Source: an uncultured Acidobacteriota bacterium (GTDB taxonomy: Bacteria; Acidobacteriota; Blastocatellia; RBC074). Taken from it: a stretch of DNA of 64,000 nt. Below, piece after piece: positions 22,858 through 33,600 of the stretch. Both the position numbers and the translations under genes were made by a program. A model generated the notes under the pieces. The model did no database searches. It was not told where the DNA came from and worked only from the letters and a program-made list of their open reading frames with translations. The stretch is from positions 288,001 through 352,000 of the forward strand of contig CAWCKY010000003.1 of the NCBI GenBank assembly GCA_963796275.1. The letters run 5' to 3'. How positions within the stretch are numbered: the stretch's first letter is position 1; each line of letters opens with the position of its first letter.

Positions 22858-24990
22858 GTGTCCGACAAATATAATTTGAACCTGGACGACCCACTTGAAA
22901 CGGAACGACAGGATGCTTCGTTTTCGGAGAACCCCGAAAGTTGGGAGTATCAGTTACAGATCCGCGCAAACCAGCTGATAATCCAACGCACCACTCAGCT
23001 CCGGTCTGATCTAGAGCGGCTTCAATCAACCATCGACGAAATTACGCAACGAATGATCGAGGGGACACGCTCCGTGCCCACTGTGCAGGAGACAAGAGGA
23101 CTGCTCGATTTCGTTACGCAGTGCTTCGAAGCCGCCGCCTCGAGCGCCGAAGATGAGTTCAAGACGAGACTCGAGCAAACTCGTAATGAGGCTTCGGCAG
23201 AAGCGCGAGAAGCGGCCGAGACTGAATTCCAGGATATGCTCAAAAAGGCCGCCCAGGATTGGGAAACTGCGCAAAAGCGTGCCAATGAACTCGAGGTGCA
23301 GAAACAAGTCGAAAAGGCGCGTGAGGCAGCTGTTTCCGAAATCCGCCTCGAGATGGAGAAAGAGTATGAGCAGCGTCTCAACCAGGCTGTCATCAGCCGG
23401 AGCGACGGGGAGCTGCTGGCTGATGATGCCGAGTTCCAACAACGACTCGTCCAGGCGTGTGCCGATGCCGCGGCAGTTGCGCGGCGAGAATCCGAGGCGC
23501 AACTCGATGAGCTGCGCGAACAGCTCGAAGCGAGCCGCAAAGCACTTACTCTCGCAGTCTCATCATCGAATTCTTCTTCCGGAGATTCAGCCGGCATCGA
23601 TTTGATAAAGACGGCAGTCGATGATATCGATCGGCAACGATCACAGTCGGAGACTCTCGCTACCTTGGTCCAGCGGGCCTCGGATTTCGCGCCTCGTATC
23701 GCTTTCTTCGTCATCAGAGGCGGAGATGCGATCGGCTGGAAAGCTAAGGGCTTCGAGAATGGTCTCGATGATGACACCGTCCGGAAGTTGACTGTTCCCA
23801 CCCAAAGCCCAGGCCTGCTGCACGATGCGCTCGCGCAATTCACCAAGGCGGTGTTTAGGTCTTCATCGCCCGGCGATGAATCTTCCGTCCTCGGGAGTTA
23901 TGGCAGTCCCGCGCCGCAGTTCGCAATAGCCGTCCCGCTGGTTGTGCGGGGCAAGGCGGCAGCTGTCATCTATGCGGATTCGGGAACAAATGAGGAAAAT
24001 TCGGTAAACGATCTCGCCATCGAAACGTTGATGCGAGTCGCCGGGATGGCTGTCGAACTATTACCTGCGAGACGCGGAACGGCGGAGCCGGCGGCACGTC
24101 CAGCAGCGGCGGCGACGCAATCATTTACAGCGTCTACACCTACACCGGCAAAATCTGCGCAAACTTCGCCGATCGGAACTCCTGCTCCCGCCGCGGCTGT
24201 CCAGACGCCACCTGCCACAATCGCTCCGGCGGCATCGTCCACCGGATCGGCAACCGCTACTGTCACCCCGCAGGAGAGCAGCGCACGGAAACCCGCACCA
24301 ACTATTGAACCGGCAAAGCCACTCGAGAAAGAGAACGAGCCGGCGAAACGCGCCGGGCAGACGGCAGAGACGCAGCATTTCGTCAAACCCGACTGGGCTG
24401 CCAGAGTGAGAACAACCGAAGAACTAATCAAACCCCGACAGATACCGGAGAGTTGGTCCGAACCCGATGACCAGGTAAGAATGGGAGCGGTTTCAGAAGC
24501 GCCGCCTTTCATCAATACCTCAAATCGGGCGGAATCAAACCTCATTCGTACAAGTGTGTCACCCAAAACGGAGGATCCTAAGACTAAAACCACCGAGGAT
24601 ACGGTGGGGTCGTCGGCCTTCGCTCAGACATCGGTCCAGGAATCGTCTCAGCGTACACCGCAACCTCCGGTCTTCTCCTCCGTCCCGACTCCCGCAAGCG
24701 AAACCGAGCAGCGTGCGCATAACGATGCGCGGCGGTTCGCCAGATTGCTGGTCTCTGAGATCAAGCTTTACAACGCCGCGAAGGTGAACGAGGGCCGCCG
24801 GAACTTCGATCTTTACGACCGGTTAAGAGAAGAGATCGACCGTAGCCGCAAAGTATACGACAAACGCGTCATGCCTTCGGTTGCATCACGGTTCGATTAC
24901 TTTTACGATGAACTTGTTCAAACGCTGGCTGAAGGCGATCCGGCGAAACTGGGGCCAAATTGTCCCGGCCCGGTCGTCTTGACAACTTAA
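22858..24990 (+). CDS. Coiled-coil / GAF-like / Pro-Ala-Thr linker protein with a RomX-like C-terminal domain
   Basis: E/A/Q-rich coiled coil, GAF-like AVPLVVRGKAAAVIYAD, C-terminal ARRFARLLVSEIKLYN...YDKRV. Confidence 0.6.
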   Translation: MSDKYNLNLDDPLETERQDASFSENPESWEYQLQIRANQLIIQRTTQLRSDLERLQSTIDEITQRMIEGTRSVPTVQETRGLLDFVTQCFEAAASSAEDEFKTRLEQTRNEASAEAREAAETEFQDMLKKAAQDWETAQKRANELEVQKQVEKAREAAVSEIRLEMEKEYEQRLNQAVISRSDGELLADDAEFQQRLVQACADAAAVARRESEAQLDELREQLEASRKALTLAVSSSNSSSGDSAGIDLIKTAVDDIDRQRSQSETLATLVQRASDFAPRIAFFVIRGGDAIGWKAKGFENGLDDDTVRKLTVPTQSPGLLHDALAQFTKAVFRSSSPGDESSVLGSYGSPAPQFAIAVPLVVRGKAAAVIYADSGTNEENSVNDLAIETLMRVAGMAVELLPARRGTAEPAARPAAAATQSFTASTPTPAKSAQTSPIGTPAPAAAVQTPPATIAPAASSTGSATATVTPQESSARKPAPTIEPAKPLEKENEPAKRAGQTAETQHFVKPDWAARVRTTEELIKPRQIPESWSEPDDQVRMGAVSEAPPFINTSNRAESNLIRTSVSPKTEDPKTKTTEDTVGSSAFAQTSVQESSQRTPQPPVFSSVPTPASETEQRAHNDARRFARLLVSEIKLYNAAKVNEGRRNFDLYDRLREEIDRSRKVYDKRVMPSVASRFDYFYDELVQTLAEGDPAKLGPNCPGPVVLTT

Positions 24991-25129
24991 AAACTCGGCC
25001 TTCCCCCTTTGGCTGAAAACAAGGAAATTTTAGCTAGGCTTTACAGGATTTTTCGGGACTCACTCCTATTTACCTGATTAATCCCGTTTATCCTCTCTTC
25101 TGAATATTGATGGGAGCCAAAATAAAGTA

Positions 25130-27373
25130 ATGAAGTACTTTACAAATCGCCTTTCACTGCCTTTTCGTAAAACTAATTTCATTCTTTATCTTGTCCTGAT
25201 AACAATTTTTATTTGCCAGACCGTTTATCAGCCGTCTGCTTCGAAAGCGAGCGCGCAGGTAAGAGCGGGCGCGCAATTGCGGGCGGCGGTCGCATCGAAT
25301 TCAGAGGGCGATCTGCAGCGATTAGAGAATTCGCACCCGGGAACCGAAGAGGCGGGATTGGCTCGGCTCCTGCGCGGCTATCTGCGCTATAAGGCCAAGG
25401 ATTATCAGGCGGCTTCGAGTATTCTGAGCAGCGCAAGCATCTCAACCACAACCAAACTAGGCGATTACGCGCTTTTCTATCGCGGTCAGGCGCTTTCGGA
25501 AGCTGGCCGGAAAGATGAAGCCGAGCGTGAGTTTCGTAAGCTCGCCAATACTTATCCATCATCACTCCTCGCGCGTACTGCCGCGCTGCAGGCTGCCGGA
25601 TCCGCGATGATGGGCGGGAATTATCAGGCAGCCATCGATGACCTCGGTTCGCTGGTAATGAAAAACGACGGCACAGCGCTCAAGCTCCGCGCTGACGCAT
25701 TGGAAAAACTCGGGCGTCCGAATGAGGCGGTCATCACGCTGCGCAAACTCTATTTCGATGCCCCGCAGTCCGCGGAAGCGGAGAAGGCGGGCGAGCGGTT
25801 GGCTGCGCTCGGCAGTTCTACTGCAGCGGCAGATGCTGCGCAACTGAGAAGACGCGCGGACAAGCTCAATCAGGCGGGACTCTATGCCATTGCGGGACAG
25901 GCCTATGACCAGATCGGACGCCAATTTCCCGGCTCCGCCAGCAGTGAACTCTCGCTACTCGCCGGGACCTGTTTCTATAAAGCGAATTCTTTCCGGCAGG
26001 CCGCCGATGCTTTAGGGCTGGCGCGTTCAAGTGCGTCGACGCGGGCCGATGCGCATTACTATTTCGCGATGGCGAACCTTTCAATGGATGGCGAGCCGGC
26101 GGTCTTACAAGCTCTTGCCGATCTTCGGCGAGTCGCTCCCACCAATCCTCGCTTGTCCGATTTGATCTATGGTATCGGGCGTTATCACGAAAAACGCGGT
26201 CGCGAGAGCGAGGCCGTGAACTACTATACCCAGGTCGTACGGCAGTTTCCGAAATCCGAAAACGCCGACGAGGCTCATTATTTTCTGGCCTGGCGGGCTC
26301 ATGGAGCCAAGGATTACAAAACGGCGGCGAAGTTGCTAACCGAGCACGTGGCAGATTACGGAGACGTGACCGATAACCGAGGTAAGGCGGGTTTCTGGGC
26401 CGCGTTGGATTCCGAACGCTCCGGCGATAAGGCTCAGGCGTTAGCGCTCTACCGGGCAATGCTGAGGCGTTATGGCGCCGGATGGTATGGCTTGAACGCC
26501 GAGCGAAGGATCAATAAACTTTCGAGTGAGGGCGTTCAGATGAAATCCACGCAGAGCGATCCTTTGCTGCGGCGTGCGATCGCCGGACTGCAGACGGTCA
26601 AGCTCCCACAGGAGACTCTGGTGGAGGCGGAGATCGAACGCGTCACCAAAGCGGAGCAATTGATGCGGATAGCATTACACCAATCGGCGATGAATGAACT
26701 CGAGGCGGCACGCGATAAAGCGCCCGATTCGCCGCGCGTAAATCTTCGTATCGCGCAGATATATCGCGCCAACGGCGAGAATGTTGCGGCAATCAATACG
26801 CTTCGGCGCGCCTACCCGGACTATGGTCAGACGTTGCCGGAAGAGATGTCGCGTGAGGCCTGGGACATCTTCTACCCGCTCAAGTATTGGTCGAACATCA
26901 AGGAAGAGTCCCGGCGGCACGGACTCGATCCCTATCTCATTGCAGGCCTGATTCGCCAGGAGACGGTATTTGAGCCGCAGGCCCGCAGCCGCTCCAACGC
27001 GTACGGGTTGATGCAACTCCTGCCCTCGACGGGTCGGGCGGTTGCGCGCAAGAACAGTATCGGCGGCGGCCGCATCACTACGAGCGATCTATACAATCCG
27101 TCCCTCAACATTAAACTCGGATGTGCTTATGTGAAGGAGCAGATAGATCGGTTCGGCCGCTTCGAGTATGTCGCCGCTGCATACAACGGCGGCCCGACGC
27201 GGGTAAGCCGCTGGTTGAAACAATTACCGGCGGATGAAATCGAGGATTGGGTTGAAAGCATCCCGATCAGCGAGACGCGTTTATACGTTCAGGGCGTTTA
27301 TCGCAATGCCCGCCAGTATAAGCGTTTGTATGACGACCAGGGGAACTTCAAGAGCGATATTCCAGAAAGATAA
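25130..27373 (+). CDS. TPR-containing soluble lytic transglycosylase (Slt70-like)
   Basis: IRQET, A.GLMQL.PST, AAYNGGP, ETR.YV SLT motifs after TPR repeats. Confidence 0.9.
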   Translation: MKYFTNRLSLPFRKTNFILYLVLITIFICQTVYQPSASKASAQVRAGAQLRAAVASNSEGDLQRLENSHPGTEEAGLARLLRGYLRYKAKDYQAASSILSSASISTTTKLGDYALFYRGQALSEAGRKDEAEREFRKLANTYPSSLLARTAALQAAGSAMMGGNYQAAIDDLGSLVMKNDGTALKLRADALEKLGRPNEAVITLRKLYFDAPQSAEAEKAGERLAALGSSTAAADAAQLRRRADKLNQAGLYAIAGQAYDQIGRQFPGSASSELSLLAGTCFYKANSFRQAADALGLARSSASTRADAHYYFAMANLSMDGEPAVLQALADLRRVAPTNPRLSDLIYGIGRYHEKRGRESEAVNYYTQVVRQFPKSENADEAHYFLAWRAHGAKDYKTAAKLLTEHVADYGDVTDNRGKAGFWAALDSERSGDKAQALALYRAMLRRYGAGWYGLNAERRINKLSSEGVQMKSTQSDPLLRRAIAGLQTVKLPQETLVEAEIERVTKAEQLMRIALHQSAMNELEAARDKAPDSPRVNLRIAQIYRANGENVAAINTLRRAYPDYGQTLPEEMSREAWDIFYPLKYWSNIKEESRRHGLDPYLIAGLIRQETVFEPQARSRSNAYGLMQLLPSTGRAVARKNSIGGGRITTSDLYNPSLNIKLGCAYVKEQIDRFGRFEYVAAAYNGGPTRVSRWLKQLPADEIEDWVESIPISETRLYVQGVYRNARQYKRLYDDQGNFKSDIPER

Positions 27374-27384
27374 GTGATCTGCCG

Positions 27385-28290
27385 ATGAAATTCCGACCCC
27401 TAGAAATCCGATCACTTCCCCGTCTGCTCGGAGCACTGGTTCTAGGTCTGTCACTTTGTATCAATCCTGCCGCGCAGGAAGATGCGCCTTCATCACTCAC
27501 CATAACGGCCAAACCCGGGACAATTATCTGGGTCGGTTCTCTTGGCTATGGCCCGGTTCCCGACAGTGGGGAATTGACGGTCAATAATCTGCGAGCAGGA
27601 TCATATACCGTGCGCGCCCGTTTGAAGGGGATGCGCGAACAAGCTCAGGTGATCAAGATCGCGGGAGGGGCTCAGCAATCGATAGAATTGACATTTACAG
27701 TTCCCGCCGATCAGGCTGAATTGGCTTTTCAAACGGCGGAAGAACTACGCGAGCTCGGCGATCACGCGGAAGCGAAAAAAGAGTACGGAAAGGCTATCAA
27801 GCTTCGCCGGGGTTATGCGGCAGCCCGTCTCGGTCTGGCGCGCAGCCTGATGGCTATGGGGGAATACAACAAAGCACTATCCGAAGCGCGCATAGCGCGG
27901 AGGGAGAAGCCAGGGACATATCCGGAAGCTTTCATCGTGATGGCAGATATCAACCGCAACGCCGGGTATTCCGAAGATGCTCTGGATGATTATCGCACCG
28001 CGTTGTCGCAAGCTCGCGGCATTTCGCCGGAAGCACATACCGGGATTGCGATCATCTATCACGATCGGCAACGCATTGACGAGGCAATCGAACAGTTCCG
28101 AACTGCCATCTCCCAGGCGAACGATACACAGCCAATCATCTATTTTATGCTTGGCACAGCGCTCGAACGCGAATACCGCAATAAGGAAGCGGTCGAGGCT
28201 TACGAGAAATATATGGACCTCGCCCCACACAGCAGCCAGGCGATTTCCCTTAGGTCGGTGGTGAGACAGCTGAAGCGAGAGATACGGTAG
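27385..28290 (+). CDS. Exported TPR protein with an N-terminal PEGA-like domain
   Basis: Signal peptide, beta-rich segment, several TPR motifs. Confidence 0.7.
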   Translation: MKFRPLEIRSLPRLLGALVLGLSLCINPAAQEDAPSSLTITAKPGTIIWVGSLGYGPVPDSGELTVNNLRAGSYTVRARLKGMREQAQVIKIAGGAQQSIELTFTVPADQAELAFQTAEELRELGDHAEAKKEYGKAIKLRRGYAAARLGLARSLMAMGEYNKALSEARIARREKPGTYPEAFIVMADINRNAGYSEDALDDYRTALSQARGISPEAHTGIAIIYHDRQRIDEAIEQFRTAISQANDTQPIIYFMLGTALEREYRNKEAVEAYEKYMDLAPHSSQAISLRSVVRQLKREIR

Positions 28291-28420
28291 AAATAGACTC
28301 TGAAGCCTCAGAATATAGGGTTCATGTATCTTGATAAACTATCGACTATGCCGCTTTCGTAATTCAATTCATCTAAATAACATTAAATTCAGCTTTCTCT
28401 GTGGTTGATCACGGGATGAC

Positions 28421-28585
28421 CGGAAGCCAATTCCCCATTTATCGGGAAGTCAAGCTAGGGAATGGATTCCCTAGCCGTCACTCTTCGCCGAGCCTCAGGC
28501 AGCAAAGTCGTTGTAAACACAGCATCAAATAGAACCAGCGGCAACAGTGCGTTGTGGTACGGATACTGCTTTACCGAAGTCCGGT
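28421..28585 (+). promoter_or_regulatory. Sigma-54 promoter (28555-28570) with upstream palindromic enhancer (28454-28475)
   Basis: TGGTACGGATACTGCT fits the -24/-12 GG-N10-GC pattern; perfect palindrome GCTAGGGAAT-gg-ATTCCCTAGC about 100 bp upstream; homologous copy at 45569-45735. Confidence 0.75.
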
Positions 28586-28634
28586 CGGTTTATTGGACCG
28601 GGTCCCCCTGCCCGGCGTGCTGATCGTATTTTTG

Positions 28635-28670
28635 TCAGGCTTTAGCCGGATGATCCCGACTGAAGCCTGA
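28635..28670. repeat. REP-like hairpin
   Basis: tcaggctttagccgg...ccgactgaagcctga imperfect inverted repeat. Confidence 0.45.
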
Positions 28671-28703
28671 GGAACCTCAAACTGAGAACGCGAGATTGAT
28701 CAC

Positions 28704-31199
28704 ATGAAGAAACGAATATTGAAGGTCGCGCTCATCCTGATTGCCGTGGTTACAGTCATGATCATTATCGCCGGACGCGACAAGCCGATGCAGCAGGTGC
28801 AGGATGAAGCGATGCGAGCGGGCCGTGATCTGGCATCATTTACCATAGCGGATGAAGATTATTTCCATGAGATGGATGGCGGGGTCGCGTTGACACCGGA
28901 TGAGGTGAAGGGTCGAAACACTTGGATTGTCTGGACTGGAGGCAACGATCGTTTCTGGGACGAGATCGCGAGGAGAAGCGTCGGAGGACTGGATCTGCTC
29001 AAGACGCTGTCGTCTTACGATCCGGAGAAGGATCTCCGCCACTCGGCCGAAGAACGTGAGCGGCTGAAGGGCATCTACAAGGCGAGCCGCGACAACCGCT
29101 GGCGCTATCTGGGTCTCGTTAATGAGCCGTGCTTTGAGAAAGCTATCGGACCGAACGAAAAGCGCTTCGGTCTCTGGTTGGATCGACGGCGGCCGGATTG
29201 CTCTTCAGATCCTTTCGAGAACGAGGAGAAATATCCGGGAGTAGCGATCGGAGCGCGCGGCAGCAACCTGACGGCCGGATCCTTCTATGGCTACGCCAGC
29301 GGCATCGTGGGTCTGCGTCTATTCCCGAACCCGGACTTCGACGAGCCCGCGGCAAAAAAATGGGATCCGGTCAGATACTATACTGATCCTTCATATTATG
29401 ATTCGAAAGATCTGATCAAGCCTTACCGGGTGGGTATGTCATGCGCGTTTTGTCATGTTGGCCCCAATCCGGTTAAACCGCCGGCGGATGCGGAGAATCC
29501 GGGATGGGAGAACCTCAGTTCAAACGTAGGCGCCCAGTACTTCTGGGTCGACCGCATCTTATCCTGGCAGGCGGACGAGACCAATTTCCTCTTTCAGCTA
29601 TTGCATACAGCGCGGCCCGGCGCGCTCGATACTTCGCTGGTTTCGACCGATTACATCAATAACCCGCGAACCATGAACGCCGTCTACCACCTCGGTCCGC
29701 GCCTCGGCGCAGCGAAGCAGTGGGGCAGGGAGAAGCTCTCCGGCGGCGGTCTCGACAACAAGCAGTTGAACGATTACGTGTCGAGCGGCCGGCTCACCGA
29801 ATTCTTCCAGCAGCCGGACATCGTATGGACGCCTAGCGTGTTAAAAGATGGCGCCGATTCAGCGGGCGCTCTGGGCTCCCTCAATCGCGTCTACCTCAAC
29901 ATCGGCCTCTTCGGCGAGGAGTGGCTATTGCATTTCAATCCGCTGGTCGGCGGCAAGCGGATCACGCCGATCGAGGTCAAGGTCGCCCGTAAGAATTCAG
30001 TCTATTGGCAGGCGACGGAGGCGCAGACGTTCAACATGTTGCTCTTCTTTCTCAAGGGCGCAACTCCGCATCGCCTGAGAGAAGCCCCCGGCGGACCGGC
30101 CTATCTGACCGAGAGCCGAGCTACGATCGATCGCGGCAAGGCAGTCTTCGCCGATAACTGCGCCCGCTGCCATTCGAGCAAATTGCCGTCACTCCCGAGA
30201 GGTTCCGATCTCGGCAACTGCGCCGGTCCGAACTATCTCGAATGCTGGAACCGGTACTGGAGCTGGACGAAGACGAAAGAGTTCAAAGCGAAGATGCGGG
30301 AGATCGTCATGGCCGATGATTTTCTGAAGGACAATTTCCTCTCGACCGATCTGCGCGTCCCGGTCACGCTTTTGCAGACCAATGCTTGCAGTCCGCTCGC
30401 CACGAACGCTATCGCCGGAAATATCTGGGACAACTTCTCATCGCAAAGCTATAAAGCGCTGCCGTCCGTCGGAACGATCACGGTTCATCATCCGATCACC
30501 GGCGAAGAGCGTCAATATCAGATGCCCGCAGGCGGCCGTGGCTATACGCGCCCGGCATCGCTGGTGAGCCTCTGGTCGACGGCGCCGTTTCTGTTGAACA
30601 ACTCCGTCGGTAAGTTCGAACCGAACCCCTCTGTCGAAGGCCGTATGCGATCATTTCAAGACTCGATCGAACAGATGCTCTGGCCGGAGAGGCGAAAGAG
30701 GGATGCCGTTCTGGGCGACGTGGTGCCCGGTGTTATCGACCGTACGACCACGACCAGCTACCTGCGGGTGCCTGCCGGCTATCTGCCCGATTTTCTGCAG
30801 GAGTTGCTGGATCCTGCGGCCCGCTATTTTCCCTGGTTGTTTTCCACCGAAGGGATCGAGATCGGGCCGATCCCTGCCGGCGTACCCATCAACCTGCTGG
30901 CCAACCTGGAACTGGTCCCGGAAAGCGACGATCCGGACGCGCAACTCGCACACGGGAAGCGGCTGCTGGCATTGCTGCTCAAGGCCAAGCGCGACCTGAA
31001 AGCCATACCGAAGGGCGCCACAGACGAAGACGTCCGCAAGGTCTTCGCGAACCTGGTCGAACCTCTCCTGGAGTTGAACAAATGTCCCGATTTCGTCGTC
31101 AACCGCGGCCACTACTTCGGGACCAGCTACTTCTCGGAAGAGCCGGGCCTGAGCGACGCCGATAAGAGGGCGCTCATCGCGTTCTTGAAGACCTTCTGA
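28704..31199 (+). CDS. Large exported di-heme c-type cytochrome (distantly RoxA/MauG-like), function unknown
   Basis: N-terminal signal/anchor; CAFCH and CARCH heme motifs; LWSTAPFLLNNSV and LIAFLKTF C-terminal motifs. Confidence 0.7.
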   Translation: MKKRILKVALILIAVVTVMIIIAGRDKPMQQVQDEAMRAGRDLASFTIADEDYFHEMDGGVALTPDEVKGRNTWIVWTGGNDRFWDEIARRSVGGLDLLKTLSSYDPEKDLRHSAEERERLKGIYKASRDNRWRYLGLVNEPCFEKAIGPNEKRFGLWLDRRRPDCSSDPFENEEKYPGVAIGARGSNLTAGSFYGYASGIVGLRLFPNPDFDEPAAKKWDPVRYYTDPSYYDSKDLIKPYRVGMSCAFCHVGPNPVKPPADAENPGWENLSSNVGAQYFWVDRILSWQADETNFLFQLLHTARPGALDTSLVSTDYINNPRTMNAVYHLGPRLGAAKQWGREKLSGGGLDNKQLNDYVSSGRLTEFFQQPDIVWTPSVLKDGADSAGALGSLNRVYLNIGLFGEEWLLHFNPLVGGKRITPIEVKVARKNSVYWQATEAQTFNMLLFFLKGATPHRLREAPGGPAYLTESRATIDRGKAVFADNCARCHSSKLPSLPRGSDLGNCAGPNYLECWNRYWSWTKTKEFKAKMREIVMADDFLKDNFLSTDLRVPVTLLQTNACSPLATNAIAGNIWDNFSSQSYKALPSVGTITVHHPITGEERQYQMPAGGRGYTRPASLVSLWSTAPFLLNNSVGKFEPNPSVEGRMRSFQDSIEQMLWPERRKRDAVLGDVVPGVIDRTTTTSYLRVPAGYLPDFLQELLDPAARYFPWLFSTEGIEIGPIPAGVPINLLANLELVPESDDPDAQLAHGKRLLALLLKAKRDLKAIPKGATDEDVRKVFANLVEPLLELNKCPDFVVNRGHYFGTSYFSEEPGLSDADKRALIAFLKTF

Positions 31200-31657
31200 T
31201 TAGTTTTTAGTTTTCAGGCTTTTATTAAGGCATAAAGCATCTTTTGTAGTTCTGTTATTCGATAATCGAGGTCGGAGCTTTTACCACGAGCAATAAAACA
31301 CAGCTGTTCAGCGATGATGCGCTGTGTATCGAGTTCAGCTAATGATCCAGTACGATTGATAAGAAATGGAGGAACTCTTTTGACCTTTGTCGCGCCTGTC
31401 CTTCGGCAATGTTTGATGGGATTGAAACAGACGCTCGTTTAATTTGATCCGTAATTCTATACAATTCGCTCTTGGGAAATTGGCGCACACTTCGTAGACA
31501 TAAACACACAACTCAATGCTCTTTTTCCATACCATCAAATCACGGGACGACTGGGATTTCATATAAATACCTTTCCAGGGTGGCCGAAGGTAGAAGTTAA
31601 CATAGCAACGAAAATCTAAACTGAAACTCGAAAACTAAAACTAAAAACTAAAAACTA
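31200..31657. mobile_element. Heptamer-repeat-armed cassette carrying a four-helix-bundle gene
   Basis: Left arm tagtttttagttttcag, right arm ctgaaactcgaaaactaaaactaaaaactaaaaacta; AT-rich; fills the whole cytochrome-GMC intergenic gap. Confidence 0.55.
31214..31562 (-). pseudogene. Four-helix-bundle protein (S23/IVS-like, Avd-related), frameshifted
   Basis: RDLMVWKKSIEL...FP; then KEFLHFLSI; then GSLAELDTQ..IA...ITELQKMLYALIK, spread over shifted frames. Confidence 0.75.
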
Positions 31658-31659
31658 TC

Positions 31660-33600
31660 ATGGCAGATTTCGACTATATCATCGTTGGGTCCGGTGCGGG
31701 CGGCGGGCCGCTGGCAGCCAACTTGGCAAGCGCAGGATTCAGAGTGATGCTGCTGGAGGCCGGCGGCGATCCCTGTGCGAACAGCGAGCTCGGACGTTTG
31801 ATGTATGAGGTGCCGATCTTTCACGGCCTCTCGACCGAGTTCGACGAGTGCCGGTGGGACTACTTCGTCCGTCATTACGCCGACGATGCGAGGCAGAATC
31901 AGGACAGTAAGATAGTTAAGGAAGACCCGGTCAGTAACATCGAAGTGAATGGCATCTGGTACCCGCGCGCCGGCGCACTGGGTGGCTGTACGACTCACAA
32001 CGCTATGATCACCGTCACGCCACAGAGCTGCGACTGGGACGAGATCGCCCGGATCACGGGTGACTCGACGTGGCGCGCCGACTATATGAACCGGTACTTC
32101 GCCCGGCTCGAAGACTGCGGCTATCGGCCGAGGCCGGGCAGCGCGAAATATATCGTTCGCGGCCTGCTCTGGTCGGCCATCGCCCTTCTGCGGGGGCGCA
32201 AGGATTGGCGTGACTGGGCGCACGGCCACGGGTTCAACGGTTGGCTACCGACGAGCGAAGCGGACCCGCGTCTCATCCTCAAGGATGGAGCGCTCCTGGG
32301 TCTGCTGCTCAATGCGATCAAGTTCGCGTTCAAGACCGGGATCGAGAATCCGATCGCCAGCCTGCTCACCCGGCTCGACCCTAACGATCTGCGTAACGGC
32401 ATAGACATGCGGGAAGGTCTGGCTTTCACGCCGCTTGCCGTGGGGCAGGGAAAACGGAAGGGGCCGCGGGAGCTGCTGCTCGCCACCCGCCAGACGCACC
32501 CGAACAATCTCACTATTCAACTTCATTCGCTCGCAACCAGGATACTGTTCGAGAAGAATCGCGCGGTTGGCGTGGAGTTCTACGAGGGCGAGCACCTTTA
32601 CGAAGCCGATTCCCATGCGAGGAAGCGGCGCAGAGATGTGGCGTTGGGGCGGCAGGGCGATGGAGAATTCCCGCCTTTCATCGTCCGCCAGGTCTTCGCC
32701 GCACGCGAGGTCATCGTCGCCGCCGGCGCATTCAACAGCCCGCAGCTACTGAAGCTTTCGGGAATAGGGCCGAAACAGGAGTTGGCGCAGTTCGGAATCG
32801 ACCTGGTGGCCGATCTGCCGGGTGTGGGAGAGAACCTGCAGGACCGTTATGAGGTCGGCGTGGTCTCGGAGTTTCCCCAACCATTCGGACTCCTGGAGGG
32901 CGCCACTTTTGCGCCGCCCAAAGCGGGAGGACCGAAAGATCGATTCTTCCTTATGTGGGAGAAGGGTGAGGGCATATATGCATCGAACGGAGTCCTGCTC
33001 GGAATACTTAAACGTTCGGACAGGAAGAGAGCAGAACCGGATCTCTACATCTTCGGCTTGCCGGGATACTTCGCCGGGTATGAGCCCGGATACTCGGAAT
33101 TGTTCGAGCGCCAGCGCAACCGCTTCACCTGGGCGATCCTGAAAGCATATACACATAACACAGCCGGACGTGTGACGCTTCAATCAAAAGACCCCAGAAA
33201 GTGGCCGCGCATTGACTTTCATTACTTCACCGAGGGCAGCGACCAGCAGGGCGATGACCTGGATTCCATTGTTCACGGCGTGCAATTCGTACGCGAGATG
33301 AATCAGAACCTGGGCGCCGTCCAGGAGATATGTCCCGGTCCGGCATACGATACGCCGCAGCGGCTGCGCGAATTCATTCAGAACGAGGCCTGGGGCCATC
33401 ATGCTTCATGCACCAATAAGATCGGAAGCGACCACGACGAGTACGCGGTGCTGGACAGCCGTTTCCGCGTGCGAGGCACGCAGGGGCTGCGCGTCGTGGA
33501 TGCTTCGATCTTTCCCAAAATACCCGGCTATTTCATCGTCTCCGCCATCTACATGATTAGCGAAAAGGCATCCGATGTGATTATCGAAGACGCGGATTAG
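31660..33600 (+). CDS. GMC family FAD oxidoreductase
   Basis: DYIIVGSGAGG, YPRAGALGGC..HN, GVGENLQD, WGHHASCT, LRVVDASIFP. Confidence 0.9.
   Translation: MADFDYIIVGSGAGGGPLAANLASAGFRVMLLEAGGDPCANSELGRLMYEVPIFHGLSTEFDECRWDYFVRHYADDARQNQDSKIVKEDPVSNIEVNGIWYPRAGALGGCTTHNAMITVTPQSCDWDEIARITGDSTWRADYMNRYFARLEDCGYRPRPGSAKYIVRGLLWSAIALLRGRKDWRDWAHGHGFNGWLPTSEADPRLILKDGALLGLLLNAIKFAFKTGIENPIASLLTRLDPNDLRNGIDMREGLAFTPLAVGQGKRKGPRELLLATRQTHPNNLTIQLHSLATRILFEKNRAVGVEFYEGEHLYEADSHARKRRRDVALGRQGDGEFPPFIVRQVFAAREVIVAAGAFNSPQLLKLSGIGPKQELAQFGIDLVADLPGVGENLQDRYEVGVVSEFPQPFGLLEGATFAPPKAGGPKDRFFLMWEKGEGIYASNGVLLGILKRSDRKRAEPDLYIFGLPGYFAGYEPGYSELFERQRNRFTWAILKAYTHNTAGRVTLQSKDPRKWPRIDFHYFTEGSDQQGDDLDSIVHGVQFVREMNQNLGAVQEICPGPAYDTPQRLREFIQNEAWGHHASCTNKIGSDHDEYAVLDSRFRVRGTQGLRVVDASIFPKIPGYFIVSAIYMISEKASDVIIEDAD

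Noticed and set aside
31214-31562. Diversity-generating retroelement or 23S rRNA intervening sequence
   Set aside because: No reverse transcriptase, TR/VR pair or rRNA sequence was seen in the window
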